Source of the DNA: an uncultured Eubacteriales bacterium
GTDB taxonomy: Bacteria; Acidobacteriota; Aminicenantia; Aminicenantales; Aminicenantaceae
Length of the DNA stretch: 64,000 nucleotides
Direction: 5' to 3'
NCBI GenBank assembly: GCA_964410125.1
Contig: CAYPGQ010000006.1
Span: 29,194-93,193, forward strand
The stretch's first letter is position 1, and every line of letters begins with the position of its first letter. The position numbers and the translations under genes were made by a program. Of this stretch, positions 9,853 through 20,033 are shown one piece after another. Under the pieces are notes generated by a model, which saw only the letters and a list, made by a program, of their open reading frames with translations, was not told where the DNA came from and did no database searches.

Positions 9853-10551
9853 TTAGCGGATGGGCGCGCCTACCTGGGTGCGCAGAACCCTCAGGTTCTG
9901 GGAGGATATATCAAGACTGTTCAAGACTCCCCGCTCATCCGTCTCGATCTCGATTTCTGTCGTACCTATACGCAGAATAAGACGACACGGAAAATCTTGT
10001 TTTGGTCCGAGGCTGGAAGGGATTTCCATCTGAGGGATGATATAAGCTAAAATCTCCGCGGTCTCTTGAAGGCCGCAACGAAATTTTTTTGTCAAAACCA
10101 TATACGGAGAAAACACAGGATTGGGCAAAAGGACGGCATCCCTTTTTATATCTACCGTTTCCGTCCGTTCTTGGCCGGCCACCTGATTAGTGTTCACGAC
10201 CTTTCCTTCTGAAAAAAAGCTCTGGATATCTTGGTTCACACCACTGACCTGTCCCTTAAATGTATATCTTTCGGGAATGAAACTTTTGTCTACGCGGATA
10301 ACCAATCGCTCGATCTCGATGGCAATCGGCTTTGTCATTCTCCCTCGCACCGTCAAAGTGAAACCTGTGTTATCTTCTTCCCAAGAATACTCTTCATATC
10401 CCACCTGTTCCTGCATAAAGTAGATAGACAGGGTTCCCGTCTCCGAAGCATAAGCAAATACTCCTGACATTCGGGAAGGAAAGGAAATGATAAGTAAAAG
10501 GAGGCTGCAAAAGACGATTTTTTTTCGAATTTTTTTCCTATTCCACGACAA
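9853..10551 (-). CDS. hypothetical exported protein
   Basis: The 232-aa ORF has an N-terminal signal-like segment (KKIVFCSLLLLIISFPSRMSGVFA). No motif was recognised. Confidence 0.55.
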   Translation of the reverse strand: MSWNRKKIRKKIVFCSLLLLIISFPSRMSGVFAYASETGTLSIYFMQEQVGYEEYSWEEDNTGFTLTVRGRMTKPIAIEIERLVIRVDKSFIPERYTFKGQVSGVNQDIQSFFSEGKVVNTNQVAGQERTETVDIKRDAVLLPNPVFSPYMVLTKKFRCGLQETAEILAYIIPQMEIPSSLGPKQDFPCRLILRIGTTEIEIETDERGVLNSLDISSQNLRVLRTQVGAPIR

Positions 10552-10852
10552 CAGCTGTCCCGTAAGCCAGGATCTCCGAGGCGCTCTGCATAATCATCGA
10601 AGTGGTGAACCGAACATTGATGACGGCATTGGCTCCCATTCCCTCAGCTTCTTCGATCATGCGATCGAGTGCTTGTTCGCGCGACTCCGCCATCATTTTG
10701 GTATAGTCACGAATCTCGCCCCCAACGACATTCTTGAGGGCTGCTGATATATCGCGTCCGATGTGGCGGGCTCGGATGGTGTTTCCCCGACACAATCCCA
10801 GTGTTTTTTTGATGGTTTTTCCAGGGACAAAATCTGTATTAACGAAAATCAT
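10538..10852 (-). CDS. YbjQ/UPF0145 family protein
   Basis: It resembles the YbjQ family over its full length (GKTIKKTLGLCRGNTIRARHIGRDI...ANAVINVRF...AYGTAV). Confidence 0.8.
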   Translation of the reverse strand: MIFVNTDFVPGKTIKKTLGLCRGNTIRARHIGRDISAALKNVVGGEIRDYTKMMAESREQALDRMIEEAEGMGANAVINVRFTTSMIMQSASEILAYGTAVVVE

Positions 10853-11295
10853 TTCTCAACCTCCTTGTATCTTTCTCTCTTGTGAACAAAAAGCTGCTCT
10901 CTGAGAAGGGACACCAACAAAACAACCACCCCACCAAGAGCGGTAAGAATTCCGACCTTCAGCAGGAGCGGAGTGGAGGAATCCTGGATGATCCCTTCTA
11001 CGGCTTTGTAGCCGCCAAAAAACAATAAAATCATACCACCGATCGAGAGAAGAATCCACCCAATCCCGCGTTCCAGACGATTGTAGACCGTGTTCCAGTA
11101 GACTTTCCACATTTCCTTTTGAGGTTTTTTCAGTTGCATTTTTCCCATCACCTCCTCAAATTTGCCCATTTCTTCAAATTCCCTCCGGCACTCCGCGCAC
11201 TGCTCGAGGTGTTCTTCCAGCATCTGTTTTTCTCTGTTGCCCAACTCTCCGTCATGGTAGGAAGAAATGAGTTCTTTTATTTTCTGATGGTCCAT
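10849..11295 (-). CDS. membrane anti-sigma factor (zf-HC2 type)
   Basis: It has an N-terminal H-x3-C-x2-C motif (HLEQCAECRREF) and two C-terminal TM segments. It lies directly downstream of an ECF sigma gene. Confidence 0.7.
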   Translation of the reverse strand: MDHQKIKELISSYHDGELGNREKQMLEEHLEQCAECRREFEEMGKFEEVMGKMQLKKPQKEMWKVYWNTVYNRLERGIGWILLSIGGMILLFFGGYKAVEGIIQDSSTPLLLKVGILTALGGVVVLLVSLLREQLFVHKRERYKEVEK

Positions 11296-11316
11296 GAATC
11301 GCTCCTGATTGATTCC

Positions 11317-11970
11317 CTATTCAAAACCCATGTATTTTCCGATGATCCCCTTAAGCTTTTTTTTTGCATAAAACAGAGAGGACATCACCGTACCGATCGG
11401 TTTCCCGATGAGCTCGGCAATCTCTGCGTAAGAAAACTGCCGAAAATAACGAAGAATGACAATTTCCCTTTGCTCGAAGGAAAGCTTTTCTATGCCTTTC
11501 CATAATGTTTCCTTCATTTCCCGGTCTTCTTTTTCCTCTGCAAGGACGTGAACATCCTCTAGAGGGATCGCACGCATCCTGTGTTTGCGTTTCAGCTGAT
11601 CGATGCAGAGATTTCTCAGCAAACGATAGAACCAAGGGAAAAACGGTTTGCTGGTTTCAAACATTTTGATCTTACGGAATGCTTTGATAAAGGCATCCTG
11701 GGAAACATCCAGGGCATCCTGCTGATTGTGGACAAAGCCCAAAGCGATATAATAAGCTGAATGCATGTACCTTTTCACGATCGCACCGTAAGCCTCTTTA
11801 TCTCCCTTCTGCACCGCTTCCAATAACTCCCTTTCCGACACCTCTCTGTCCACTCGGACACGAACTTTATCGCCGGGAAAAACCTGATCCTTGTACAAAG
11901 CTACTTCTTCTGCCATTTCTTTTTTCCTACTCTTATATACGTCGTTGTCTTTGGGTTTATTCATTGGCAA
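11317..11970 (-). CDS. ECF-type RNA polymerase sigma factor (sigma-70 regions 2 and 4)
   Basis: The region 2 segment DALDVSQDAFIKAF..FFPWFYRLLRNLCID and the region 4 HTH LRYFRQFSYAEIAELIGKPIGTVMSSL are present. The start is uncertain; ATG 11916 is an alternative. Confidence 0.85.
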   Translation of the reverse strand: MPMNKPKDNDVYKSRKKEMAEEVALYKDQVFPGDKVRVRVDREVSERELLEAVQKGDKEAYGAIVKRYMHSAYYIALGFVHNQQDALDVSQDAFIKAFRKIKMFETSKPFFPWFYRLLRNLCIDQLKRKHRMRAIPLEDVHVLAEEKEDREMKETLWKGIEKLSFEQREIVILRYFRQFSYAEIAELIGKPIGTVMSSLFYAKKKLKGIIGKYMGFE

Positions 11971-12659
11971 ATACTCTTTCTTTGCCGGACAACCTCGTAT
12001 ATAAAAATAGCTGCAGCCGCGGCCACGTTGAGAGAGGTTATTGTCCCGAGAAGAGGGATAGAAAGAACCTTATCACATTTCTGCCTGACCAAAGGTCTCA
12101 TTCCCTTGCCCTCAGAGCCAAAAATGAGTCCGACGGGAACAGTGTAGTCAAACTCATGCCAGAGTCTTTCGCCTCCCTCCTCGGCTCCTATCAACCACAC
12201 CTCTTTTTTTCTCAATTCCTCCATGGTCCGGGCCAAATTTTTAACGCGCGCCACTTTCACATGCTCAAGAGCTCCTGATGCCACCACGGCAACAGTATCG
12301 GTCAAAAGCGCTGCCCGTCTCTCGGGTATTACGATGCCATCCACGCCTGCGCCTTCTGCCGTCCGGATGATGGCACCCAGATTTTGAGGGTCCCCAATGC
12401 CGTCCAGAAGCACCAGGAATGGGATTTCCGACGACGTCAGGATCGCATCCAGAGAAGCGTATTCTTTGGCCGCCAAAAGGGCAATCGCCCCCTGATGATG
12501 TGGGTCTATGCTGTTCAATTTTTTTTGAGGTAAGTAAAAAAACGGGATGCGGTTTTTTTTTGCCCATCCGACAATTTCGGCAATTTTGGCTCTGCCTGCT
12601 CCCTCTTGGATGAGTATCTTATTCACCCGCTCGGGTGAATGCTTTATCGCTTCCAACAT
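11961..12659 (-). CDS. rlmB: SpoU/TrmH-family 23S rRNA 2'-O-methyltransferase (RlmB-like)
   Basis: GIGDPQNLGAIIRTAEGAGVDG, GSEGKGMR and SLNVAAAAAIFIYE motifs are present. Confidence 0.8.
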   Translation of the reverse strand: MLEAIKHSPERVNKILIQEGAGRAKIAEIVGWAKKNRIPFFYLPQKKLNSIDPHHQGAIALLAAKEYASLDAILTSSEIPFLVLLDGIGDPQNLGAIIRTAEGAGVDGIVIPERRAALLTDTVAVVASGALEHVKVARVKNLARTMEELRKKEVWLIGAEEGGERLWHEFDYTVPVGLIFGSEGKGMRPLVRQKCDKVLSIPLLGTITSLNVAAAAAIFIYEVVRQRKSICQ

Positions 12660-12714
12660 GGGATTAAGACGGCTGATTTTTTCCTTTTCTTGAATCCCTT
12701 CCCCCTATAATGTC

Positions 12715-14433
12715 CTATGAAGATGTTTTCTTTTGGGCCTTTTCGATTTTGGCCCAAGTGTCCCGAAGTGTCGCCGTCCGGTTGAACACAGGCCTTTCCG
12801 GTGAAGAGTCTTCGGAATCCAGACAAAAATATCCCTTTCTCAGGAATTGACACCAATCTCCCGGCTTGGCATCGGCAAGGCTCGGCTCAACCTGGCAGGA
12901 GTGCAGAATCTCGAGTGACTTGGGATTCAGAGCGCTGTGCCAGTCTCCCCCCTTTTCATCGTCAGCGGGATTCTCTCTGAAAAACAGATGATCATAAAGC
13001 CGGACTTCGGCCGGGATTGCCTGAGGTACAGAAACCCAGTGAAGGGTTCCCCTGACCATCCGGCCATCCTTTGACCAGCCTCCTTTCGTTTCCGGATCAT
13101 AGGTACAATGAAGTTCGATAATTTCCCCTGTTTGGGGCTCTTTTGTTACCTCTTCGCACTTTATGTAATAGGCATGTTTGAGCCGGACTTCTCGGCCAGG
13201 GGCCAAACGGAAAAACTTTCTCGGTGGATCTTCCCGGAAATCATCCTGTTCGATGTACAATTCACGGGAAAACGGGACTTTTCGACTTCCCATGCTCGGG
13301 TCCTCGGGATTGTTTTCTGCATCCAGCATCTCGACCTGGCCCTCAGGGTAGTTATCGATGATTACTCTTAAAGGCCGCAAAACCGCCATTACCCGTGGGG
13401 CATTCTTGTTCAGGTCCTCACGCAAACAGTGCTCCAGCAGAGCGATGTCTACAGTGCTTTCTCTTTTGGCCAATCCGATACGGTCGCAAAAATTCCTGAT
13501 GGACTCTGGCGTGTATCCACGCCTGTGCAAACCCGATATGGTCGGCATCCGGGGATCATTCCAGCCGATCACATGTCCCTCCTCTACCAGCTGCAGGAGT
13601 TTCCGCTTGCTCATCACCGTGTAGGAAAGATTGAGGCGGGCAAATTCGATCTGCTGAGGATTATGAACCTCCAATTGTTCGAGGAACCAGTTGTACAAAG
13701 GGCGGTGGTCCTCAAACTCCAAGGTGCAGATAGAATGGGTAATTCCCTCAATGGAGTCGGACTGACCATGGGCCCAATCGTAGGTGGGGTAGATGCACCA
13801 CTTATCACTGGTTCTATGATGTGTCGCCCTGAGGATACGGTACATCACGGGATCTCGCATATTCAAGTTCGGAGAGGCCATGTCGATCTTTGCTCGAAGA
13901 GTCCGGGAACCATCCGCAAATTCCCCGTTGCGCATGCGGTCCAGAAAATCCGCATTCTCCTCGACTGACCTATTCCGATAAGGACTGTTTTTTCCTGGTT
14001 CTTTCAGCGTGCCTCTGTATGCCCGGATTTCATCTGCACTCAGGTCGCAAACATAGGCCTTGCCCTTTTGGACAAGTTGCAAGGCATATTCATACAATTT
14101 CTCGAAATAATCAGAAGCGAAAAAAAGACGGTCTTCCCAATCGAACCCGAGCCAACGGATGTCCTCTTTGATGGACTCCACATATTCCATTTCTTCTTTG
14201 ATAGGGTTGGTGTCATCGAACCGCAGATTGCAAAGCCCCTGATACTCGGAGGCAAGACCAAAGTTCAGGCAGATGGACTTGGCGTGTCCGATATGAAGAT
14301 ACCCGTTTGGCTCAGGAGGAAAACGGGTATGGACTCGCCCGTGGTTTTTGTTCATCTCCAAATCTTGGTCGATGATGGTCCGGATGAAGTCTCTGATTAT
14401 GCCTTGTTTGCCCTCTTTCCGATCGTTCTTCAT
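12715..14433 (-). CDS. glnS: glutamine--tRNA ligase
   Basis: HIGH region [16 protein letters not shown] and KMSKS-type VMSKRKL are present, with a C-terminal GlnRS anticodon-binding beta-barrel region. Confidence 0.93.
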   Translation of the reverse strand: MKNDRKEGKQGIIRDFIRTIIDQDLEMNKNHGRVHTRFPPEPNGYLHIGHAKSICLNFGLASEYQGLCNLRFDDTNPIKEEMEYVESIKEDIRWLGFDWEDRLFFASDYFEKLYEYALQLVQKGKAYVCDLSADEIRAYRGTLKEPGKNSPYRNRSVEENADFLDRMRNGEFADGSRTLRAKIDMASPNLNMRDPVMYRILRATHHRTSDKWCIYPTYDWAHGQSDSIEGITHSICTLEFEDHRPLYNWFLEQLEVHNPQQIEFARLNLSYTVMSKRKLLQLVEEGHVIGWNDPRMPTISGLHRRGYTPESIRNFCDRIGLAKRESTVDIALLEHCLREDLNKNAPRVMAVLRPLRVIIDNYPEGQVEMLDAENNPEDPSMGSRKVPFSRELYIEQDDFREDPPRKFFRLAPGREVRLKHAYYIKCEEVTKEPQTGEIIELHCTYDPETKGGWSKDGRMVRGTLHWVSVPQAIPAEVRLYDHLFFRENPADDEKGGDWHSALNPKSLEILHSCQVEPSLADAKPGDWCQFLRKGYFCLDSEDSSPERPVFNRTATLRDTWAKIEKAQKKTSS

Positions 14434-15956
14434 GACTCTGCCTCCTCGTTCCTTATCGACCCGTGCTGTTTTAAATAATCCAACATTTCAGAAATCCGCT
14501 GGCTGCAATTCTTCAGGGACCGGGGCAGATTCAACTTGGCCCCCTTCTCCACCAACGGTATGAATTTGTCCAAATCCAAGCCTGACCCTCGCGTGGTAAG
14601 AGCAATGCGGAGAGGGTGATAAAGGTCTCTTCCCTTGCAGCCAGTATTCTGCTTTATTTCTTGAGTTATGGTTACAAATCGTTCATAGTCGAACTGTTTA
14701 ACGTCCGCGATTTTTTGTCCTAACAGGCTGATAACTTTTGATGCACAATCCCCTTCCACCTCCTTTTTTGTTTCCTCATCCATCTCCCGAGGGGAGTATT
14801 GGAATAACATGGCCATTTGAGATGGGAAATCCGCGAATCGGTCCACACGTTCGATGAATATTTTCACGACCGTTTCCAGCCAGTCCCAATGGGCATCTGT
14901 CATTTCTTCTGGTAAAAGTTCAGCCGTTTTCATGTGAGGATAGGCCATCTCTGCCATTTGCCGTACAGACAGAGCTTTGGCATGCTGCCGATTGATCCAA
15001 TAGAGTTTATCATAATCAAAAATAGCGGCTGACCGGCTTATCTTTTTCAAATCGAAAAACTGGATCAGTTCCTCCCTTGATAAAACCTCTTTATCCTCAG
15101 GGGGAGCCCATCCCAACAGAGCCAGATAATTGAAAAGAGCGGAAGAGAGCACACCATCCTTCTGGAACTGGTCAACGGCCGTAGCTCCATGACGTTTGCT
15201 CAACCGTGCATTGTCCCTTCCCATCACCATCGAAAGGTGGACAAACTGCGGCGGGATACAAGATAAAGCCTGGTAAACGAGAACCTGGCGGGGCGTGTTG
15301 GAAATATGATCCTCCCCCCTTATCACATGGGTTATTTCCATCAGGGAATCATCCACCGCAACGGCAAAATTATAGGCCGGATGTCCGGTGGATCGAACAA
15401 TGATCGGGTCCCCGATCAAGCCCAAATCAAACTTGAGCTCACCCCTCACAAGATCTCGGAATGTCAATTCTCCTCTATCTGGAGTTCGCAACCTTACGGA
15501 GGCTTTTTCCCCATCCTGAATCCTCTTGAGGGCCTCTGCAGCAGAAATATTTTTGCATTTCCCACTGTAGATGGCCACACCATTTTTTGCCAGCGCTTCT
15601 TTTCTTTCCGCCTCCAGGTCTTCCGGTGAGCAAAAACAGTGATAAGCTTTTCCCATATCCAAGAGTCTTTGTGTGCAATCCCTGTAGCTATCCAGCCGAA
15701 GAGATTGTCTGTACGGGCCAAAGGCCCCTCCCACATCCGGGCCTTCATCCCAATCCAATCCGAGCCACAGCAGGTCTTCCATCAGTTTTTCCTCATATTC
15801 CAAAGCAGACCGCTCGATATCCGTGTCCTCGATCCTCAAGATATAGGTTCCTTTTTGCTGGCGGGCGAACAACCAATTGAACAGAGCTGTCCGCGCATTT
15901 CCCACATGCAGAAATCCCGTGGGACTGGGCGCAAACCGTACTCTGATGTTTTCCAC
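14430..15956 (-). CDS. gltX: glutamate--tRNA ligase
   Basis: [24 protein letters not shown] and LSKRHG motifs are present. A GTG start at 15956 (VENIRVRF) is favoured over the ORF-track start at 16022. There is a 4-nt overlap with glnS. Confidence 0.88.
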   Translation of the reverse strand: MENIRVRFAPSPTGFLHVGNARTALFNWLFARQQKGTYILRIEDTDIERSALEYEEKLMEDLLWLGLDWDEGPDVGGAFGPYRQSLRLDSYRDCTQRLLDMGKAYHCFCSPEDLEAERKEALAKNGVAIYSGKCKNISAAEALKRIQDGEKASVRLRTPDRGELTFRDLVRGELKFDLGLIGDPIIVRSTGHPAYNFAVAVDDSLMEITHVIRGEDHISNTPRQVLVYQALSCIPPQFVHLSMVMGRDNARLSKRHGATAVDQFQKDGVLSSALFNYLALLGWAPPEDKEVLSREELIQFFDLKKISRSAAIFDYDKLYWINRQHAKALSVRQMAEMAYPHMKTAELLPEEMTDAHWDWLETVVKIFIERVDRFADFPSQMAMLFQYSPREMDEETKKEVEGDCASKVISLLGQKIADVKQFDYERFVTITQEIKQNTGCKGRDLYHPLRIALTTRGSGLDLDKFIPLVEKGAKLNLPRSLKNCSQRISEMLDYLKQHGSIRNEEAES

Positions 15957-16484
15957 CGCAGATAATACTAATACATTTTGTCCAAAAACCCAAATTCCTA
16001 TTCGGCAATATGAAATCCTCATTGATATTTTCCTACTAATTCTATTTATTTACCCGGATTATTCACGAGCCTTGTTTGATGTATATGCGAGGCACAGGGT
16101 ATGCAACTGTGGTTATCCAGCGCAAATGCCCTTTAATGAACCAAGTGTATTAAGATCGCCTGTCAGTTAGATAAAAATTTCCGATGAAAATATAAGGATG
16201 CTATCTTAAAAATGTTCGTATTGTCATTTGCAGCAATATCAGGATGATATTCTGATATTGCTGGAATCATGAGAATTACCAGCATTTTTCATGAATAATT
16301 AATGTGATTCTCTTCCATTTTGTTTGGGTAAACTCTAATGGAAAAAGACATCAGGTGTGTCCGCAGCGCCGAGAAGGGCACTCCAGACATGCCTGATGGC
16401 AAAGAAACACCTTTAAAGTAATGCTTACACAATATTGAAGAGAACTATTCGGGATAAATTTTTATGAACTATCCAGGCTAGAAA

Positions 16485-16530
16485 GGCTGTAGTTTTTCCG
16501 GATCCCATGGAAACTGCAGCCTTTTTTTTA
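16485..16530 (+). terminator. intrinsic terminator hairpin with a T8 tract, best formed on the plus strand (possibly bidirectional)
   Basis: GGCTGTAGTTT (16485-16495) pairs with AAACTGCAGCC (16511-16521). That gives 11 bp with one G-U pair, which becomes an A-C mismatch on the other strand. TTTTTTTT follows, and the T tract overlaps the ispF stop codon. Confidence 0.6.
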
Positions 16531-17007
16531 TTCCAATCCCAGAAGCGCTTGCGCTACAACCGCGATGGCCTCTCCTTGTCCGATGGGTCCGATCCCCTCA
16601 TTGGTTTTGGCTTTAATGCCGAGGTCATTTGCCTGTATTTGGAGAAGGGGACACAAAACCTGTTTCATCTTGGCGATATGCGGACCGATTTTGGGGGATT
16701 CCGCTATGATGATGCAGTCTATATTATGGATACTCCCGCTTTTTTTGCGTACCTGGTCCATGATGATTTCCAAAAGTTTTGTGCTTTGGATATTTCGATA
16801 TTGGAGATCGGTATCCGGAAAATATTGTCCGATATCTCCCTCCCCTATGGCTCCCAACAAGGCATCGATGATGGCGTGTATCAAGCAATCCCCGTCTGAA
16901 TGCCCGGTCAATCCTTTGGAAAAGGGTATTTTGACGCCGCCAAGAAAAAGCTTCTTTCCCTCTTGAAGCCTGTGGATATCATACCCAATACCGATTTTAA
17001 TTCTCAA
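16528..17007 (-). CDS. ispF: 2-C-methyl-D-erythritol 2,4-cyclodiphosphate synthase
   Basis: IGIGYDIHRL, GHSDGD and PKIGPH motifs are present. Confidence 0.93.
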   Translation of the reverse strand: MRIKIGIGYDIHRLQEGKKLFLGGVKIPFSKGLTGHSDGDCLIHAIIDALLGAIGEGDIGQYFPDTDLQYRNIQSTKLLEIIMDQVRKKSGSIHNIDCIIIAESPKIGPHIAKMKQVLCPLLQIQANDLGIKAKTNEGIGPIGQGEAIAVVAQALLGLE

Positions 17008-17662
17008 TCAACGCCTCCGCTATTTTCAGGTCTTCGGTTGTCGTGATTTTCATGTTCCTCTGGTCACCCGGGACAACAAAGACATCCTTTCCTAGCCTTT
17101 CCACAAGAACGGCCTCATCCGTCCCGTAAAAATGGTCTTCCATCGCATGAACAAAAGCTTCCTTGAGCAGAGAAACGGAAAAGCCCTGAGGAGTCTGGAC
17201 CCTGAAAAGCTGCCTTCTTTCTTCTGTCCGGAGAACCTTTTGTTCCTCCACGCATTTGATCGTATCTTCCAAAGGAACAACGGGAATCACCGCCCCTTTT
17301 TCCCTTGAGGCGTCGATAATCCTCCCGATCAGATCCTTCCCGACCAAAGGCCGCGCACCATCGTGGACGAGGATGATCTCGGTCTCCTGCATATCCACAC
17401 AGCTCAGCCCAGAGTAAACAGAGTCTTGCCTTTTTTCTCCTCCTCTGGCAATGGCGGCGATCTTTGTGTACCTGTTCAGATATTCGTCTCCCGACTGATC
17501 CCGCCCCAGCACAAGGATAATGTTGTCGATCGCTTCGTGTTCTTCGAATTTTTCCAAGCTCCAGTCCAAGATGGTTTTTCCCTTTAGCAGAGCAACCTGT
17601 TTGGCCGCACCGAACCGTTTTCCCTTCCCTGCAGCAACGATTATCGCTGAAACTTTATTCAT
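16997..17662 (-). CDS. ispD: 2-C-methyl-D-erythritol 4-phosphate cytidylyltransferase
   Basis: IIVAAGKGKRFG and VHDGARP motifs are present. It overlaps ispF. Confidence 0.9.
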   Translation of the reverse strand: MNKVSAIIVAAGKGKRFGAAKQVALLKGKTILDWSLEKFEEHEAIDNIILVLGRDQSGDEYLNRYTKIAAIARGGEKRQDSVYSGLSCVDMQETEIILVHDGARPLVGKDLIGRIIDASREKGAVIPVVPLEDTIKCVEEQKVLRTEERRQLFRVQTPQGFSVSLLKEAFVHAMEDHFYGTDEAVLVERLGKDVFVVPGDQRNMKITTTEDLKIAEALIEN

Positions 17663-18651
17663 CCAAATTCTTCTTCGTTGTAACGGCCAAAGATCATTTT
17701 CCCCACAGTTGTCTGGAGAACAGAGGTCACGGTGATTTCGACGTTTTGCCCGATCATCTTGCGGGAGTTATCAACGACAACCATGGTTCCATCATCCAAA
17801 TAGGCCACTCCTTGATCTTTCTCTTTTCCTTCCTTAAGGATAAACACATTGACCATTTCACCTGGAAGCACAACCGGTTTTAAGGCATTGGCCAGTTCGT
17901 TGATGTTGAGGACCGCGACACCCTGAAGCTGGGCGACCTTGTTCAGGTTAAAATCATTGGTGATGATTTTGGCATCCATGTGTTTGGCCAATTCGATCAA
18001 TTTGGAATCCACATCATTGATCTCAGGAAAATCCAGTTCGGTTATCACGATGGAAACACGCGAAGATTTTTGGAGTTGATCCAACACATCCAGGCCCCGT
18101 CTTCCTCTCTGCCTCTTGACACTGTCAGCGGAATCTGCCACAAGCTGCAGCTCTTTGAGGATAAACTGGGGAACGACCAAATCGCCGTCGATGAAGTCCG
18201 TGTCACAAATATCGGAGATCCGGCCATCGATGATCACGCTCGTATCAAGTATTTTGTGACTCCTTCCGGTGTTTTCCTCCTTGAAAAAACGAGTAAGATA
18301 GGTGGGATCAAGCCACTCGTGCTTTCGCGTTCCGACCAAAAAACCGATATAGGGCATGATGACGAGGAAAAATATCCTGATGAACGTTGTGGTCGCATCT
18401 TCTTGTGCTATGTTCTGGTAAATGGCTCCCAGTCCCCAGCCTATCAACACGCCGGCAAATGTGCCGAGAGTGCCACTCCATATGACCTTAAACTGACTCT
18501 TTCTGATCCGAGTCTCCAGATAAATGAAAAGAACGCTCAAAAGAAAGCCAGCCAGAATACCATAATAACCGGAAATTTGAAACGGCGGAAAAAAGTATCC
18601 CGCAGCGGATATTATGGCAACAACGAATAAACGAAATATTATAACGCCCAT
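17659..18651 (-). CDS. PIN/TRAM-domain membrane protein (YacL-like)
   Basis: It has four N-terminal TM segments, a PIN-like core (ILDTSVIIDGRI...ITNDFNLNKVA) and a C-terminal TRAM-like beta domain. The radA-yacL-ispD-ispF synteny is conserved. Confidence 0.75.
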   Translation of the reverse strand: MGVIIFRLFVVAIISAAGYFFPPFQISGYYGILAGFLLSVLFIYLETRIRKSQFKVIWSGTLGTFAGVLIGWGLGAIYQNIAQEDATTTFIRIFFLVIMPYIGFLVGTRKHEWLDPTYLTRFFKEENTGRSHKILDTSVIIDGRISDICDTDFIDGDLVVPQFILKELQLVADSADSVKRQRGRRGLDVLDQLQKSSRVSIVITELDFPEINDVDSKLIELAKHMDAKIITNDFNLNKVAQLQGVAVLNINELANALKPVVLPGEMVNVFILKEGKEKDQGVAYLDDGTMVVVDNSRKMIGQNVEITVTSVLQTTVGKMIFGRYNEEEFG

Positions 18652-18674
18652 TTTAAAAAACCTTATAACAAATA

Positions 18675-20033
18675 TTAAAATATAATGCCCAAAGCTTCTT
18701 TTATATTGCTCACTCCAGCCAAATCCACATCAGAGACCCCGTCTTTTTCCAACTGTGAAAGGTTTCCTTTGGGAAGAACGACCGTATTGAAGCCCAAAGA
18801 AACGGCTTCCTTGATCCTGGATAGAGGTTGGTTGACAGAGCGGACTTCCCCGCTCAGCCCCACCTCGCCAAAAAGAGCAAAATCCGGAGGGATGGCTTTG
18901 TTTTTCAAGCAGGATACGACAGCCATGATGGCGGCTAAATCCACCGCCGGTTCATCAAGCACCAATCCACCCGCCACATTCAAGTAGATATCCTCCCCGG
19001 CAAACCCAAATCCCAGTTTTCTCTCGATAATAGCCAACAACATAGCAGTCCGGAAATGATCCAGTCCTACGGTCATCCGCCTGGGATTCCCGGAAAACAG
19101 TGTTGGAGAAACCAAGGCTTGGATCTCGGCCAACAGAGGCCGCGATCCCTTGATCGTACAGACCACCACGCTCCCGGTCTCATCCTTGGGCCTTTCTTTC
19201 AGGAAAAAGGCCGATGGGTTGGAAATGGCTTGAAGCCCGTGGGCCCCCATTTCAAAAATGGCAAGCTCAGAAATGGGGCCGAACCTATTCTTCAGGGCCC
19301 GCAATACTCTATGGCTGTGATCCCTTTCTCCCTCAAAATAGAGCACCACATCCACCATGTGCTCCAGCGATTTAGGACCAGCCAGAGATCCTTCTTTGGT
19401 TATATGTCCTATCAGGAAACTGGAAATTTGGTTTTTCTTGGCAAACCGGAAAACCTGGTTGGTGACCTCCCTTACCTGGCTGATCGTCCCGGGGCTGGAA
19501 GTAAGTTTTGCAGAATAGATGCTCTGGACCGAATCCATCACAAATATCTGCGGTCTCAGTTTCTCAGCCTGGGAAATGATTCTCTCCAGATTTGTCTCCG
19601 CCAACAGATACAGACTGCCGTCAGAAATCCCTAGGCGTTCCCCTCGCATTTTGATCTGTTCCAGGGATTCCTCTCCGGAAACGTACAGCACCTTCTCCCC
19701 TTTTAAACAAAAATCACGACTCACCTGGAGAAGCAGGGTGGACTTGCCTATTCCCGGCTCCCCGCCGATCAAAACCAGCGAACCCAGGACAACCCCTCCG
19801 CCCATGACACGGTCAAGCTCTTTGATGCCTGTTTCTGCCCTCTTTTTTTTCGCATCTTTGACATCCTTATAAAGGAGTGGCTCCGATGGGGAAAAGGAAT
19901 AGTCAGCTTGGATTTCCTCAGCAACCTCCTCGATAAAAGAGTTCCACTCCCCACAACTGGGACACCTGCCAAGCCATTTGGGCGAATGGGACCCGCAATG
20001 TTGGCAGATAAAGACAGCTTTGCTCTTCATCAA
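18675..20033 (-). CDS. radA: DNA repair protein RadA
   Basis: It has the zinc finger CQHCGSHSPKWLGRCPSCGEW, Walker A GGEPGIGKST, KNRFG and a Lon-like C-terminus. Confidence 0.93.
   Translation of the reverse strand: MMKSKAVFICQHCGSHSPKWLGRCPSCGEWNSFIEEVAEEIQADYSFSPSEPLLYKDVKDAKKKRAETGIKELDRVMGGGVVLGSLVLIGGEPGIGKSTLLLQVSRDFCLKGEKVLYVSGEESLEQIKMRGERLGISDGSLYLLAETNLERIISQAEKLRPQIFVMDSVQSIYSAKLTSSPGTISQVREVTNQVFRFAKKNQISSFLIGHITKEGSLAGPKSLEHMVDVVLYFEGERDHSHRVLRALKNRFGPISELAIFEMGAHGLQAISNPSAFFLKERPKDETGSVVVCTIKGSRPLLAEIQALVSPTLFSGNPRRMTVGLDHFRTAMLLAIIERKLGFGFAGEDIYLNVAGGLVLDEPAVDLAAIMAVVSCLKNKAIPPDFALFGEVGLSGEVRSVNQPLSRIKEAVSLGFNTVVLPKGNLSQLEKDGVSDVDLAGVSNIKEALGIIF

Noticed and set aside
16340-16400. 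An SRP (4.5S) RNA-like hairpin, CATCAGG...GCGCCGAGAAGGGC...CCTGATG, was considered.
   Set aside because: The conserved helix-8 arrangement (GNAR tetraloop followed by the 3' AGCA-type loop) is not reproduced on either strand. GCAGC lies on the wrong side of the GAGA loop.
16023-16527. A T-box riboswitch leader for gltX was considered.
   Set aside because: I found no T-box consensus (…GGTGGTACCGCG…) on the minus strand.
17980-18630. A 216-aa plus-strand ORF lies opposite the PIN/TRAM gene. Similar cases are 19056-19634 opposite radA, 20115-20723 opposite mlaD, 21816-22397 opposite mlaF/mlaE, 43968-44585 opposite pth/rplY and 55986-56651 opposite the OMP gene.
   Set aside because: All are shadow ORFs on the strand opposite to genes with strong family signatures.
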